From assembly GCF_001194135.2 (NCBI RefSeq), contig NC_069003.1:8298603-8362602 (forward strand): a stretch of DNA of 64,000 nucleotides. Reading direction: 5' to 3'. A program made the position numbers and the translations under genes. The stretch comes from Octopus bimaculoides. Lineage: Eukaryota. Of this stretch, positions 1 to 10,819 are shown one piece after another (position 1 is the stretch's first letter; every line of letters starts with the position of its first letter). The notes under the pieces were generated by a model that had not been told where the DNA came from, did no database searches, and saw only the letters and a program-made list of their open reading frames with translations.

Positions 1-669
1 GGGGGCGGGGGCGACGGGCACATTTTTTTCTGTTCCAGGGCCTTCCCGCGGCCCTGGGGGCAGTTTTTCCGGATATGACCAGCTTTTAGACACAGGTGAC
101 ACCTTGGGGCATCCCTTGAAGTAAAACCGGACACCTGCAGCCAGCCATCTTTATGAAGTCCGGGAACACAATATCTCCCACAGCCACCGGAGTCTATAGG
201 GTCAAAGTTGCCTTTGACCTTTCCCATTCAACTGCGGGAGCCACGTCTACATTTAGTAGCCTGGGTCCGCTGTCTCCCAGGCCTTGCCGTATGATATCTT
301 CTAACCATACCGCCTTCGTGCCTGGGGTAGCCCGTAGACCCAGGCTCTTCTTATTTTCTTCCCACAATAAGTGGGAAGGAACAATATTTTTTCCCCTTCA
401 AGGGGCCTGCTTGCAAATATACCAGCGTCCTCGGGGGTACCAAACAGCAACCATACTGTCGCAAATTTGGTCCCCCTAGAGATATATTTCACAGTCGGCA
501 GATAATCTGCCAGTTCTTTCGTTATTTCCTCCTTGCCAAATTGGGCGACGCTGCCGAGCGACCTAAAGTAGGTCCCCAGCACTACCGTTCTTCCTTGTAA
601 ATCTTTTAATCATTGCTCGGGTGGGCCCAATTCCCACTCCAAGACAGTATTTTTCTTTTGGGACCCCAT
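1..669 (-). mobile_element. Degenerate non-LTR retrotransposon ORF1 (L1/Tx1-like, RRM-like region plus CCHC zinc knuckle); runs off the window edge
   Basis: The minus strand reads RTVVLGTYFRSLGSVAQFGKEEITKELADYLPTVKYISRGTKFATV...FLPTYCGKKIRRAWVYGLP. After frameshifts it continues LLQGMP-RCHLCLKAGHIRKNCPQ, a C-X2-C-X4-H-X4-C knuckle at 101->60. Candidate ATG at 669-667. GC content is higher than in the flanks. The clade assignment is by motif recall. Confidence 0.7.
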
Positions 670-1160
670 GCCCGTTCAAAATAAATAAAAACAGTTCTAG
701 AAATAAACACAGTTCGCAAAATTAAAAGGTAGAAGAAAAAAAGAACAAAAGAGAGACAGAATAGAAAAAGTTGGATAATCCAAAGGAATAAAAGGGAAAG
801 TCACAAACACGGAATCCTATTCCTTCAAAAGGTACTCCGAAAGGTAAAGGTACTCCAAAGTGGTTTTCAGCACAAAAAAATGCCAAACAAAAATTTTCAC
901 AGCTGTAGAGCGAACCCGCCCACCACATACAGCGAACACACAGTTTTGTTCGTAAAGACGAACACACAAAGTTTTTCGGCTAAAATGCCAACAAAAATCT
1001 TCACCGCCACCACAGACAGCAAACACACAATTTGTTCGTAACAACGAACACAGAAAAAATTCCGCCAGAGGCAAGAGAAAATGCTACAAAGCTGGACACT
1101 AACCGGCTGAAAAAATATTAAGAGCAACAAATTACCGCCCAGTTAAACAACAAAAACGAC
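670..1160 (-). mobile_element. Probable 5' UTR of the LINE above, with an internal ~95-100 bp tandem duplication
   Basis: Lies immediately upstream of ORF1. 873-975 and 976-1068 are diverged copies (aaaatgccaa..aaaat.ttcac...ccaccaca.acagc.aacacaca.tt.tgttcgtaa..acgaacaca). Confidence 0.5.
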
Positions 1161-2025
1161 TTGCCCCGGCGAATTGTTCCAAATTGCTCTTTTTAGTTCA
1201 ACATTGGACGCAGCCGAACGACTCACGCCCACTCCACTGTACAGGAAGAAGCCAACACAACGCGCATGACCGGAAGCAAATTTCTTCCCACACAACCACA
1301 CCTGCGCCGTACGTCCTTAAGAAGTTCGTTTTGTAGCCGTGTGTTCGTATGTAATCTCACTGTACGTTGACTTAGGCTATAATCTTGGAATGGTGCAATG
1401 CCTGTGAAGAAAACTGAGCAGACAAAGACAGCAGGATGGTTCATAGGATAAACGGTAACGGTTCTTCGTTAGAATTAATCCACTGGCTATTTTAACACCA
1501 GTCTAGTCAAAGGCACCTTTGATGGAGGCGATTCTGTTGTAGCCAATCGGATCCTTCATAAGTGCTTAATAACTGTTACTGACAGGAAAAGAGAGATAGA
1601 TAGATAGATAGGTAGATACAGAAAGAGAGAGAGAGAAAACAAACGAGAACAGAACGAAGCAATCAGATTCCTTAGAAAATAACACATAGAAGTCTAATAT
1701 AGAAATTATGCGAGAGAGGGAAATAGGGTGGAAAGCAAACATAGAGGGAGAGGCGAGGAGATGGTGGGGGAGAGAGGGATATTCAACACAGATTTATACA
1801 CACACTAGTATACGCAGGCGTATAATTGTATATTAGTAATTATGCCATTTGATCTATATTACCAAGTGACACTTGGTATCGACAGCGAATGACTCATACA
1901 CACTTGTATTAATAATATACACCCTGATTCAGTCTTCAAACCGAGGTCTCATAGTAATACTAAAATATGAATACATATACCACACACTTCATACACACAC
2001 ATTTACATATACATACATACGTATG

Positions 2026-2074
<49 letters not shown>

Positions 2075-2084
2075 CCTGCTTGGA

Positions 2085-2665
2085 CACTAACGTTTTTTCG
2101 TTGCATCTCCACCGGCGATGAAAAATGATGACTTTACGTCAATGTGAAACAGAGGAAGAAATGACCGACTCCCGATAAGCAAGCAACATCTCTAGACAAG
2201 CCAGAACTGTAACCACGCTAGACTATGATCTGCGTTCGGTGGGATTGTGAGGGGTTAATCTACTCTGAAATGTTTGAAACGAACTACCCGGTCAATGCAG
2301 AGATTTACGCTCTACAAATACAACGATTAAACGATGCAGTTCACCTGCAAAGTCTTCACCTATGAAAAAGCATGCTTTTTGAAGATGATAAGGCTCGTCT
2401 CCATATCGCTTATTTGACCAAAAATGCTATTGAAGATTAGCTCAATTGTGAAGTTCTTCCGTACAACAGTATCCTGCTGCCATTGCGTCGTCGTGTTATC
2501 ACATTTTTCACTCACTTGCCAACAGTCTGCGAAGCACTTCACTCAACAAAGTACTGGAGCAGAAAACCAGGCTCAAGGAAATTTTTGAGAGAAGATCTGG
2601 CGATTTCCATTGACAGATTCATGGAACGTTGGTAAGAAGTTGTGATCAATGAGGATGAGGGAAAA
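2085..2665 (+). pseudogene. Degraded mariner (DD34D-type) transposase catalytic region
   Basis: Reads STGDEK*(W)..LYVN, then TMICVRWDCEGLIYSE..VNAEIYALQIQRLNDAV, DDKARLHIAYLTKNAIE, EVLPY..SSCYHIFHSL. These match mariner TGDEKW, xMLCVWWD, HDNARPH and YSPDLAPSDYHLF. Many stops and frameshifts. Confidence 0.8.
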
Positions 2666-2667
2666 TA

Positions 2668-2767
2668 GTTTCCATCTGCTAAATCCACTTACAGGCCTTT
2701 GGTTGGCCCGAGGTTATGGAAGGAGACACCCAAAGTGCCAGGTTTGGGGGCTGGACCCCGAACTTCA
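2668..2767 (-). mobile_element. SINE family A (tRNA-derived) fragment
   Basis: Reverse complement of the family-A body (tgtcttctactatagcctcgggccgaccaaagccttgtgagtggatttggtagacggaaac) seen at 23282-23450. Confidence 0.65.
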
Positions 2768-2769
2768 TA

Positions 2770-2921
2770 CTATACAGAAACCTCTGCGTCTGGACTTTCC
2801 TCTGTCTCCTGTTCCTGAAGAAGAGCTTGTGCTCGAAACGTAAAACCACCTTTCTTTCCTTCCCTGAGCGTCTGTTAATACTTTGCACGTATCACATCCT
2901 CGCGTTGTAACTTTTTTCTTG
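2770..2921 (+). mobile_element. Penelope-like element terminal (pLTR)-type fragment with a minimal hammerhead-like core
   Basis: CTGAAGA-A-GAGC-ttgt-GCTC-GAAAC-GTA at 2815-2842. The downstream flank resembles 59290-59345. Confidence 0.4.
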
Positions 2922-3059
2922 NNNNNNNNNNATATATATATATATAATGAATTCCCCCATCGAAGACGACGTATGAGTGTCTAGTTTTTTTGCTGAACGA
3001 CCTTCACAAATGACTTGTTCATAGTGATATATTGTTTATGTCGTATAGTGTCTTATACA

Positions 3060-3243
3060 TAAAAATCGTGATTACCTGTACAGGTGTACAAGTGTGTCAC
3101 ACGTCCGGTGTCGAAATAATGGCTGAGCAACAAGCAATGAAGTGTTTTGCGCAAGAACACACCGCTCTGCCTGATCCGGGAATCGAAGCCACTATCTAGC
3201 GATCGTGAATGCAACACCACAAGCACTAGGCCCCTACGCGTCT
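3060..3243 (-). mobile_element. SINE family C (tRNA head plus CORE-like segment)
   Basis: The reverse complement gives a B-box-like gtggcttcgattcccgga followed by gtgtgttcttgcgcaaaacacttca, as in the copies at 38554 and 52870. Confidence 0.6.
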
Positions 3244-3275
3244 TCGCACAAACACACACACATACACACACACAC

Positions 3276-3306
<31 letters not shown>

Positions 3307-3469
3307 AGTGTTTGTATGCATTTGATTTTGCAAAGAGATGAAGTAATTTAGATATAAAGATATATACTGCAGTTGGAGTGATTCACCAAATCATGATTCA
3401 TTCTTTTACGTAATCGATCGACAAATCGATTCTACAAATCATTGGTTGTTTAGTTATATCTATTGTCTA

Positions 3470-3511
<42 letters not shown>

Positions 3512-4179
3512 ATGTGGCAACATTAATATGTCTTTTTTCTGCATTTTCGTGCAGCTGAAGATTGCTCTTCATATTGCATTTAAGGTAATGCTCGCATTAC
3601 TTAAATAAATTGAAGTAGCATGAAACGTGCGTACTGCAATCACTTTTGAAATCCGTGTTGCTTATTGTTTGATTTTAATCACCCNNNNNNNNNNNNNNNN
3701 NNNNNNNNNNNNNNNNNNNNNNNNNNNNNNNNNNNNNNNNNNNNNNNNNNNNNNNNNNNNNNNNNNNNNNNNNNNNNNNNNNNNNNNNNNNNNNNNNNNN
3801 NNNNNNNNNNNNNNNNNNNNNNNNNNNNNNNNNNTATATATATTTATTTATTTATTTATTCAAGAGAAACCGTTCATGCAAAAATAAAATTCAAATTCAA
3901 TATACTATTAACTCGATTAGCGAAAACAAAGTTAGTGATGCCAACCGGCTATGTATAATAGCTAGATCGCCCTCAATGCGCATCTCACTATCCTAGAACT
4001 GGACAAAATAGCCCTGAATACACTATAACAATATATCAAAGTGGATGGTCAAAGCTGAAGTGCCATTCGTTACTGGACTGGTTAACTAAAATTAAGCTGG
4101 GGCGAAGCGCCAATAATTTCAGAGGGTTTTGTCCACTCTGGGATTTTGAAAATATTGTGTCCTACTTTGTCTGATAATT

Positions 4180-4372
4180 TAATCGTTTCAGTCATTGTAT
4201 TGCGGCTAAGCTGGAGCACCGCACTGGTGGTCTTTAAATGAAAAATCCACTCCGGTACTTATTTTGTTTTATCGGTACCTCTTTTAAAGATCCACTTCGC
4301 TGCAAGGACGTAAAGAAACCAATACCAGTTACTGAGCTGTGTGCGTGGACAAACCCAGACACAAAGATACAG
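4180..4372 (-). mobile_element. SINE family A 3' tail, diverged
   Basis: gtttcagtcattgtattgcggctaagctggagcaccgc...ggacaaacccagacacaaag aligns with 49040-49220. Confidence 0.6.
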
Positions 4373-4471
4373 AGATCAATCAATCAATCAATCAATCTAT
4401 CTATCTATCTACACACACACTCTCTCTCTCTCTCTCTCTCACACACACATACACACCACGCATACACCTAC

Positions 4472-4688
4472 ATACGAGGGGTGCAGAGAAGTTCCTGGCT
4501 TTCAGGGTATCACGGAAGGCCTGGTTGGAGTTCCTTCCGGGTTCTTTACAGGGCTTAGAAAAACTGAAGGATCGCTGGGGTAAGTATGTAAATCTGAGAG
4601 GGGAATATGTTGAATAAAATCATAATTAACTGACCCTCCTGTATTTTCTTTTACGCAAAATCAGGAACTTTTCACCATTCCTCACATA
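4472..4688 (+). mobile_element. Mariner-derived MITE / internally deleted element
   Basis: Left end tacgaggggtgcagagaagttcctggcttt. Right end aaaatcaggaacttttcaccattcctcacata is an imperfect inverted copy. The interior encodes the transposase C-terminus GLEKLKDRWGKYVNLRGEYVE*. A second copy lies at 54172-54330. Confidence 0.7.
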
Positions 4689-4864
4689 CGACAGTCTTCC
4701 GCATAGTTTCTGCCTAGTAAATTCACTCACAGACCATTTGAAACTGAATCCGAAACAATTAAATCTAATCTGTTTCTCATGGCACGCTGCACTCATTTTA
4801 TCTCTCCCCCACCTAAAAAAAAAAGAAACAAAATGAAAAAAAAAAACATAGAAAAACAAAAACT

Positions 4865-4972
4865 GCAGTTGTGGCTGTGTGTTAAGAAGTTTGCTTCCCA
4901 GCCACATGGTTGAAGGTTCAGTCTCACTCCGTGGCACCTTTGCCAGGTGTTTTCTACTATAAACCCGGGCCA
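4865..4972 (+). mobile_element. SINE family A 5' head
   Basis: gtggctgtgtgttaagaagtttgcttcccagccacatggttgaaggttcagtctcactccgtggcacc, with A/B-box-like tRNA head. Confidence 0.65.
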
Positions 4973-5117
4973 TGAAATTTTCTTTTGCCACGGGAGTTAC
5001 GGTCTCCATTAACGAACTCGTTTGCATCAAACATAGAACAATAATAATTCCTTCTACTAGAGACAACATGATCTAATCGATTACATCGATCCAATTGCTC
5101 ATCAGTTATTTTTTTTG

Positions 5118-5243
5118 TTTTTATCCGACCCCTGAAAGGGATGATACACAAAGTCAGCATCAGCAGAATTCGAACCTAGAACGTAAAGGGCAACAAGAAA
5201 TGTCACAAAACGCTTCGCCTGACGGGCTAATGATTCTGCCAAA
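5118..5243 (-). mobile_element. SINE family B, diverged partial copy
   Basis: cgacccctgaaagggatga...gaattcgaacctagaacgt...ctaatgattctgcc is the reverse complement of the family-B consensus. Confidence 0.55.
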
Positions 5244-5634
5244 ACACCATTTTATTCAAAGGTACCATAACAAATACACGTTTATACGTATTGTGTGGAC
5301 GGAAATTTAATTAGCACGTGCCCATTTTTGAATTTTATTACTGTCGTTTGTGTGTTTACATTTACAATGAGTTTACATTTAAAAATGTAAACAGGTTTAC
5401 GTCGGTCGAAACTAGATCATACTTTTTTTTAAAAAAATGTGCTTTTCAGCGAAATTGTTGAATTTATTATACAGCTATAAATGTCAATTTTCATCTGCAC
5501 TCATTTATGAAATTGAACCATTTATTAGTTGATTCTAAGGAAATGGTAATATAAATGTCATAACATAGTAATTTATATTGAGATATGGGTCAATATAGCA
5601 GTAATAAGAGGACTATTTGGTGGCGAGAGGTACA

Positions 5635-5785
5635 GTGCGTGTGTGTGCGTGCGTGTGCGTGTGCGTGTGTGTGCGTGTGTGTGAGAGAGAGAGGGAGGTA
5701 GATAGACAGATAGCTAGATGGAGAGATAGACAGAGAGACAGATAGATGGATGGATGGATAGATAAATAGATAGACTGATAACTAG

Positions 5786-5818
<33 letters not shown>

Positions 5819-6136
5819 TAGATAGAGACGGACAAAAAGACAGTTAAAAAGACAGTTAAAAAGAGGGAGAAGAAAAGGGGGAGTGGTTGTGAGGTAGAGA
5901 GGAGTTGGAGAGGGAAGTAGAGATGTAGAAAGATATATAGGTAGAGAGAGGTAGAGAAAAAGAGAGGTAGAGAAAAAGAGAGGTAGAGGGTAAGAGGGGC
6001 AGATGAAAGGAAGAGAGTAAGAGACGCATCGAGAGGTAGAAAGAGACTGAGTGAGAGAGAGAGAAAGAAACAAAGTGAGAGTGAGTCAGAAACATAGAAA
6101 TGTAGAGAGATAGATAGATACAGAGAGTGAGACAAA

Positions 6137-6201
<65 letters not shown>

Positions 6202-6385
6202 CAAAAAAGTAGGAGCGAGATACATAAAAATGTAGATAGAGAGAGGCTGTACGTGTGCGTTTGAGAGAGAGAAAGAGAGAGAGTAATGAATAAATAGATA
6301 GATACATAGATAGACAGACAGAGATTAAGGAAGAGATAGATAGATAAAGATAGATAGATAGAAAGAGAGAGAGGGGGGGGAGAAG
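5635..6385. repeat. Compound (GT)/(GA)/(GATA) microsatellite block
   Basis: Directly visible di- and tetranucleotide arrays. They explain the overlapping SLSL/IYLS ORFs. Confidence 0.95.
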
Positions 6386-6811
6386 AAAAGATGTGCAGTT
6401 ATCAGAATTGGATCACATTTACAACTGACTTGAGAGGAAAAATAATTAAGATGGCAAATTCTTAGACACATCGTTTCTCATATATTACCTCAATGTCTTG
6501 ATGGTTTATACATCTGCTCCGTAAATATAAATATAATTGATATTATATCAAAATGAAGCCTTCGAATTTCTCTATTGATTTTAGAATTTTTATTCTTACC
6601 AGCATGAGTTGTGTGTTGTCGACGTCCGTCACAAAAACTTTATAAACAACCGCGAGAATGTGAAATAATTCTGTTTTGGAACAGTGGATCTCGAAGAACA
6701 TCACATTAAGCTATAAGTGATAGCATGTAAATATTCAGGAGAAAAAAAAATCCTTTTGGAAAGAAAAAGCTGATGTATGGACCTGGGTGGGACTCGAACC
6801 CACATCTCCAC

Positions 6812-6945
6812 ACAGTTCCCGTCGACCAAATTCACTCACAAGGCTTTGGTTGATCTGGGGTTAGAGTAGAAGACACTCGTTTAATATGTTGCAAAGTGAA
6901 ATTGAATCTGAAACTATGTGGTTGCAATATGAGCATCTCAGCCTT
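6812..6945 (-). mobile_element. SINE family A fragment
   Basis: ccgtcgaccaaattcactcacaaggctttggttgatctggggttagagtagaagacact is the reverse complement of the family-A body. Confidence 0.65.
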
Positions 6946-7167
6946 TCAGCTTTGTTTGCGTCTTGGAAATTATAATGGGAATTATATCAAGATGGAATCT
7001 AGATATTTACGAAAAGCCACAAGTTGTATATGAGGTATAACTATCCTTCTACTGCAGGCCATTGAATGAAATCTACCAAATCTACAGAGAATGTCTGAAT
7101 AAACAAATCGTATAAACCATAAGATGGCTGAAGGTGAAGAAAGTTAAACTTTCATTTCTTAACATAG

Positions 7168-7292
7168 GCATAGGCGTGTAATAAAGAAGATCACTTTGCA
7201 ATCACGTGGTTTTGAGTTCAGTCCCACTTCGAGGTGGCACTTTGGGTCGGTGTCTACTCCTGTAGGCCCGGGCCGAGATAATGGTGTATGAA
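7168..7292 (+). mobile_element. SINE family A 5' part
   Basis: aagaagatcactttgcaatcacgtggttttgagttcagtcccact..gtggcactttggg..tgtctactcctgtaggcccgggccga. Confidence 0.6.
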
Positions 7293-7617
7293 TGTAATGT
7301 ATTTGGTACACGGAAACTCCGTAAAATGTTACCAAAGGCTAGAACTCACCATCACAGAGGGTCTCTTAGAACGAACTCACATTCTCTGTGTCACAAAGAC
7401 CGATATCACAATGTCTAAACTTCCCCTTCTGCATCAGAAAATACTTCTTCATTTCCCAATAATCACTAACCTGTTACAGAGCTCAAATGAAGTCCGCAAT
7501 GGAATACGACTCACATCTAAAATGTACTGCTATTACAAATGCGGATCTTAGACATTGTTCTTGTCCCTTTCCTCGAAATTACTGGCCTTGTGCCCGGTGT
7601 GCTAACGATTCTTTTGT

Positions 7618-7810
7618 TTTCTAGGTATAAGGCCCGAAATTTTTGGGGAAGGGGTCAGTCGATCAGATCGCCCTCCGAAAGGATATATCGACTCCGAAAG
7701 GATGAAAGGCAAAGTCTACCTCGCCAGAATTTGAACTCAGAACGTGAAGACACTCGAAATACTGCTAAGCATTTCGCCCGGCGTGCTAACGATTCTGCCA
7801 GCTCGCCTCC
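7618..7810 (-). mobile_element. SINE family B (tRNA head plus a central conserved domain resembling, from memory, the Meta-type SINE domain)
   Basis: Reverse complement: ggcgagctggcagaatcgttagcacgccgggcgaaatgcttagcagtatttcg...ttctgagttcaaattctggcgaggtagactttgcctttcatcctttcggagtcgata. Confidence 0.85.
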
Positions 7811-8590
7811 TTATCATCCTAGAGGAATATTAACCACGTTGAACTCACTGGTTATGAAGAACCAGCAATGGCCTTAGAAAAAAAAACAAAAAAAAAACAG
7901 CCGCCTACAAGTCGAACAGACCATTAAGAGCAACAGCATAATAAACAACAATATGCGAATAGGGTCGTGTGAAAGTTAAAGCGAGCTGAACTGCTAATGT
8001 AAATGTTTACGTCAGTGGAAAAAGCAAGACAATACGCATGCAAATGATAGCCGAGCAGATAATATAATTGATAACGCCATAACGGCATTTGATTTAGCTG
8101 AATGGATGTTGATAAGCAGGTGATCTGACAAGATAATGATAGCGCCAGTTCGGTAGGCAGTGTAAATATTACTATTGTAATCTGACTAGACTGAATAAAT
8201 TTTCGATCAGTCATTTCTGACAAGAGTATAATCATTATTTTGGTGATGTCAGCATTAGACCATTGACGAAAGTGAGACTGGCGTAACAGTTCAATGTTAG
8301 AGACTGCATGATTCATCCGATTAAAGCAATCAATGAGATATTCTAGTCGTCTGCCATTTTTGTTTTAGCAGCCATGATATATCTTCATTTAAAACGGATG
8401 ACTCGTGATTGTTTGTTTGTTTGTTTGTTTGTTTGTTTGGCTGGCCGGTTGGTTAATAGTTGTTGCTGTTATTTAACCACGGGACGGTACTGATCACGCA
8501 GACCAATTCTCTAATGTACAGAATGTCATTTTATGCAATGGGATCTAGCGTTTTGAACACTACAAGGCATTATTTGAGAGCGATACAAAG

Positions 8591-9030
8591 CGGCAAAGCT
8601 GGAAAAATGGTTAGCACACCAGGCAAAATGCTTAGCAACATTTCGTCCGTCCTTTCGTTCTGAGTTCAAATTTCGCCGAGATTGACTTTGATTTCATCCT
8701 CTCGGTGCCGATAAAATAAATACCAGTTGAGCACTGGAGCCGATGTAATCCACTACTCCTCTCCCCTGCAATTACCGGCTTTGTGTCAAAATTTGAAACC
8801 AATATTAACTACCTGTAAGGCGACATGCTCGCAGAATCGTTAACAAACCGGACAAAATTCTTATCGGCATTTCGACCGTCTCAACCTTCTGAGTTCAAAT
8901 TCCACAGAGCACGACTTTGCTTTTCCTCCTTTCGGGGCCGATAAAATATGTAAGAATTGAGCACTGGAGTCGTTGTAATCAATTTATCCACTCCACCAAA
9001 ATTACTGGCCTTGTGCCAAAATTTGAAACC
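8591..9030 (+). mobile_element. Two tandem SINE family B copies (8591-8800, 8817-9030)
   Basis: Each has the head, ttctgagttcaaatt, tttcatcct.tcgg..ccgataaaat and the tail ggccttgtgccaaaatttgaaacc. Confidence 0.85.
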
Positions 9031-9780
9031 ATTATTTTAGAGCGATCTGACTGCAGCTTCTTGCAGATTCAGTGACCATATGTAAATCCCTTCGATGTCT
9101 TATAGTAGAAGTTGCACGTATCACCTCGTGATTTCTCTGTAGTTAAGTGTTGCGGGGAATAAAACCTTTCTCGACATTTTGGCAGTTTCTAGCAATTTCT
9201 TGCTGCGACCCTATATAGGCTGCTTAGTTGCCTCGTCGTAGAAGTAATCTACGTCACCTCGTTATGAATTCTCAGTGTCTGGTGAGTATACTGTGGAATA
9301 AGCCATTTCGCACCTTTCATTACATGCAATCCTTAATCAGGTCCAGTAATACGCATAGGTTCTAGTAAGAAGTTAAACCAGATCCAAACAGCAGTAAGCT
9401 ATCTACTACTGAAACGAAGGAGAAGAAAGAAAATAAATGTACAATAAACTCTCTTTTATCCGCTATGCCAATATCCGGAACTCAAAAGCAACCGGCACCA
9501 GAGAAATGTGAAACAAATTTTGTTGTTAATTAGAATCGAGAGAATATGGGATAATTTGTGTTAATTAATTAGTTGTTATTAAAAGAAACTTTTTTAATTA
9601 TATCTAGATAGGATCGTTGCTTCTTAAAGTACAATGCAGTATTTAATTATACAGCGTTTAGAGAACCTGAATTACTTTAGTTTAATGAAACTTGTTCTTT
9701 ACTTAAGTTATAATTGCATTTCTCCATATTTCTCTCATTTCAACTATATTCAGTATATTAATGATGATATTATATACATA

Positions 9781-9812
<32 letters not shown>

Positions 9813-10139
9813 AATATAAATATATATATATATACATATATATGTATGTATATATATTTATATGGCAAAAGTTTAGGATTCAAGTGAACCAGGCACTTGA
9901 AAGGTAAGGTACCGGGTGAGGTCAAAATTACATATTCATTTCTAAATGTTCTGGTTTGTGTATTTACCTGATGAAAACGATTTTTTTAATGATGTGGTGT
10001 CTACATTAAGCAATTAAAAATTTGTTGGAGACAGCTGTACTGAATTGGACACATCACCCATCTATTATATATATATATATATATATATATGCATCTATCT
10101 ATCTATCTATGTATATATATATATATAATAAAGTTGCAG

Positions 10140-10770
10140 ATAGTATTCATCCTATTTTCGATAAATAGTCTTCCATGATAGTCTTCAAGATTTCTTGCCA
10201 ATAGAGAAAGAACCGATTTCTAACCTAGATTCAAGGCTCCTTCATTGGAATTCCATCATCAACAACAGAGTCTTTTTTTCTGTCTGTCTGTCTAACTGTA
10301 TGTATGTATCTATGTATGTGCCAATTTGTATGGTTTGCTTTATGTATATATTAACATGCATAAAGTTGCATATATAGACACGCTCGTATATATATATATT
10401 TCAATGATAAACTGCTCGAAAGTTTTACAGATTTTCACAGTTCCAATGATGGATTGGATCTGTAGACTTCGAATTAGCTTTCTCCTTTCTGGTTTTGAAA
10501 AGCTTAATTTCCCAAGATTGGTATTTAGACAGTGTGTTACATATCCCAGGGCCCCAATAATTACAGGCATAAACCTGAACTTGTAATCTGGATAGAGTAC
10601 CTGGATAGAGTTCAGCTTAGATATTGTCTCTTTCACTGATATTCAGCTCTATGTTAATATCCGCTGGGCAATGCATGTATGTATGCATGTATATATGTAT
10701 GTTAACATCCGCTGGGCTGCTAATTTCCTCAACTGTGCACAGTTTCTCTTCTCTTGTGTATGTATTCTTC
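10140..10770 (-). mobile_element. RLE-type non-LTR retrotransposon 3' end (lineage distinct from the AAT-targeting Dong copies)
   Basis: The minus strand reads TREEKLCTVEEISSPADVNI / CPADINIELNISERDN / YPDYKFRFMPVIIGALGYVTHCLNTNLGKLSFSKPERRKLIRSLQIQSIIGTVKICKTF, then a 3' UTR. A second copy of the same end lies at 29035-29300 (+). Confidence 0.8.
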
Positions 10771-10819
10771 ATGAAGAACTTAAGCGTGCTGTTCGAAAGC
10801 TCACTGCTGGTGTAGTGAA

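Noticed and set aside
6782-6809. Perfect tRNA T-arm on the minus strand (GTGGG-TTCGAGT-CCCAC)
   Set aside because: No D-arm, anticodon arm or acceptor partner. It is a SINE/tRNA remnant abutting a family A copy, not a tRNA gene.
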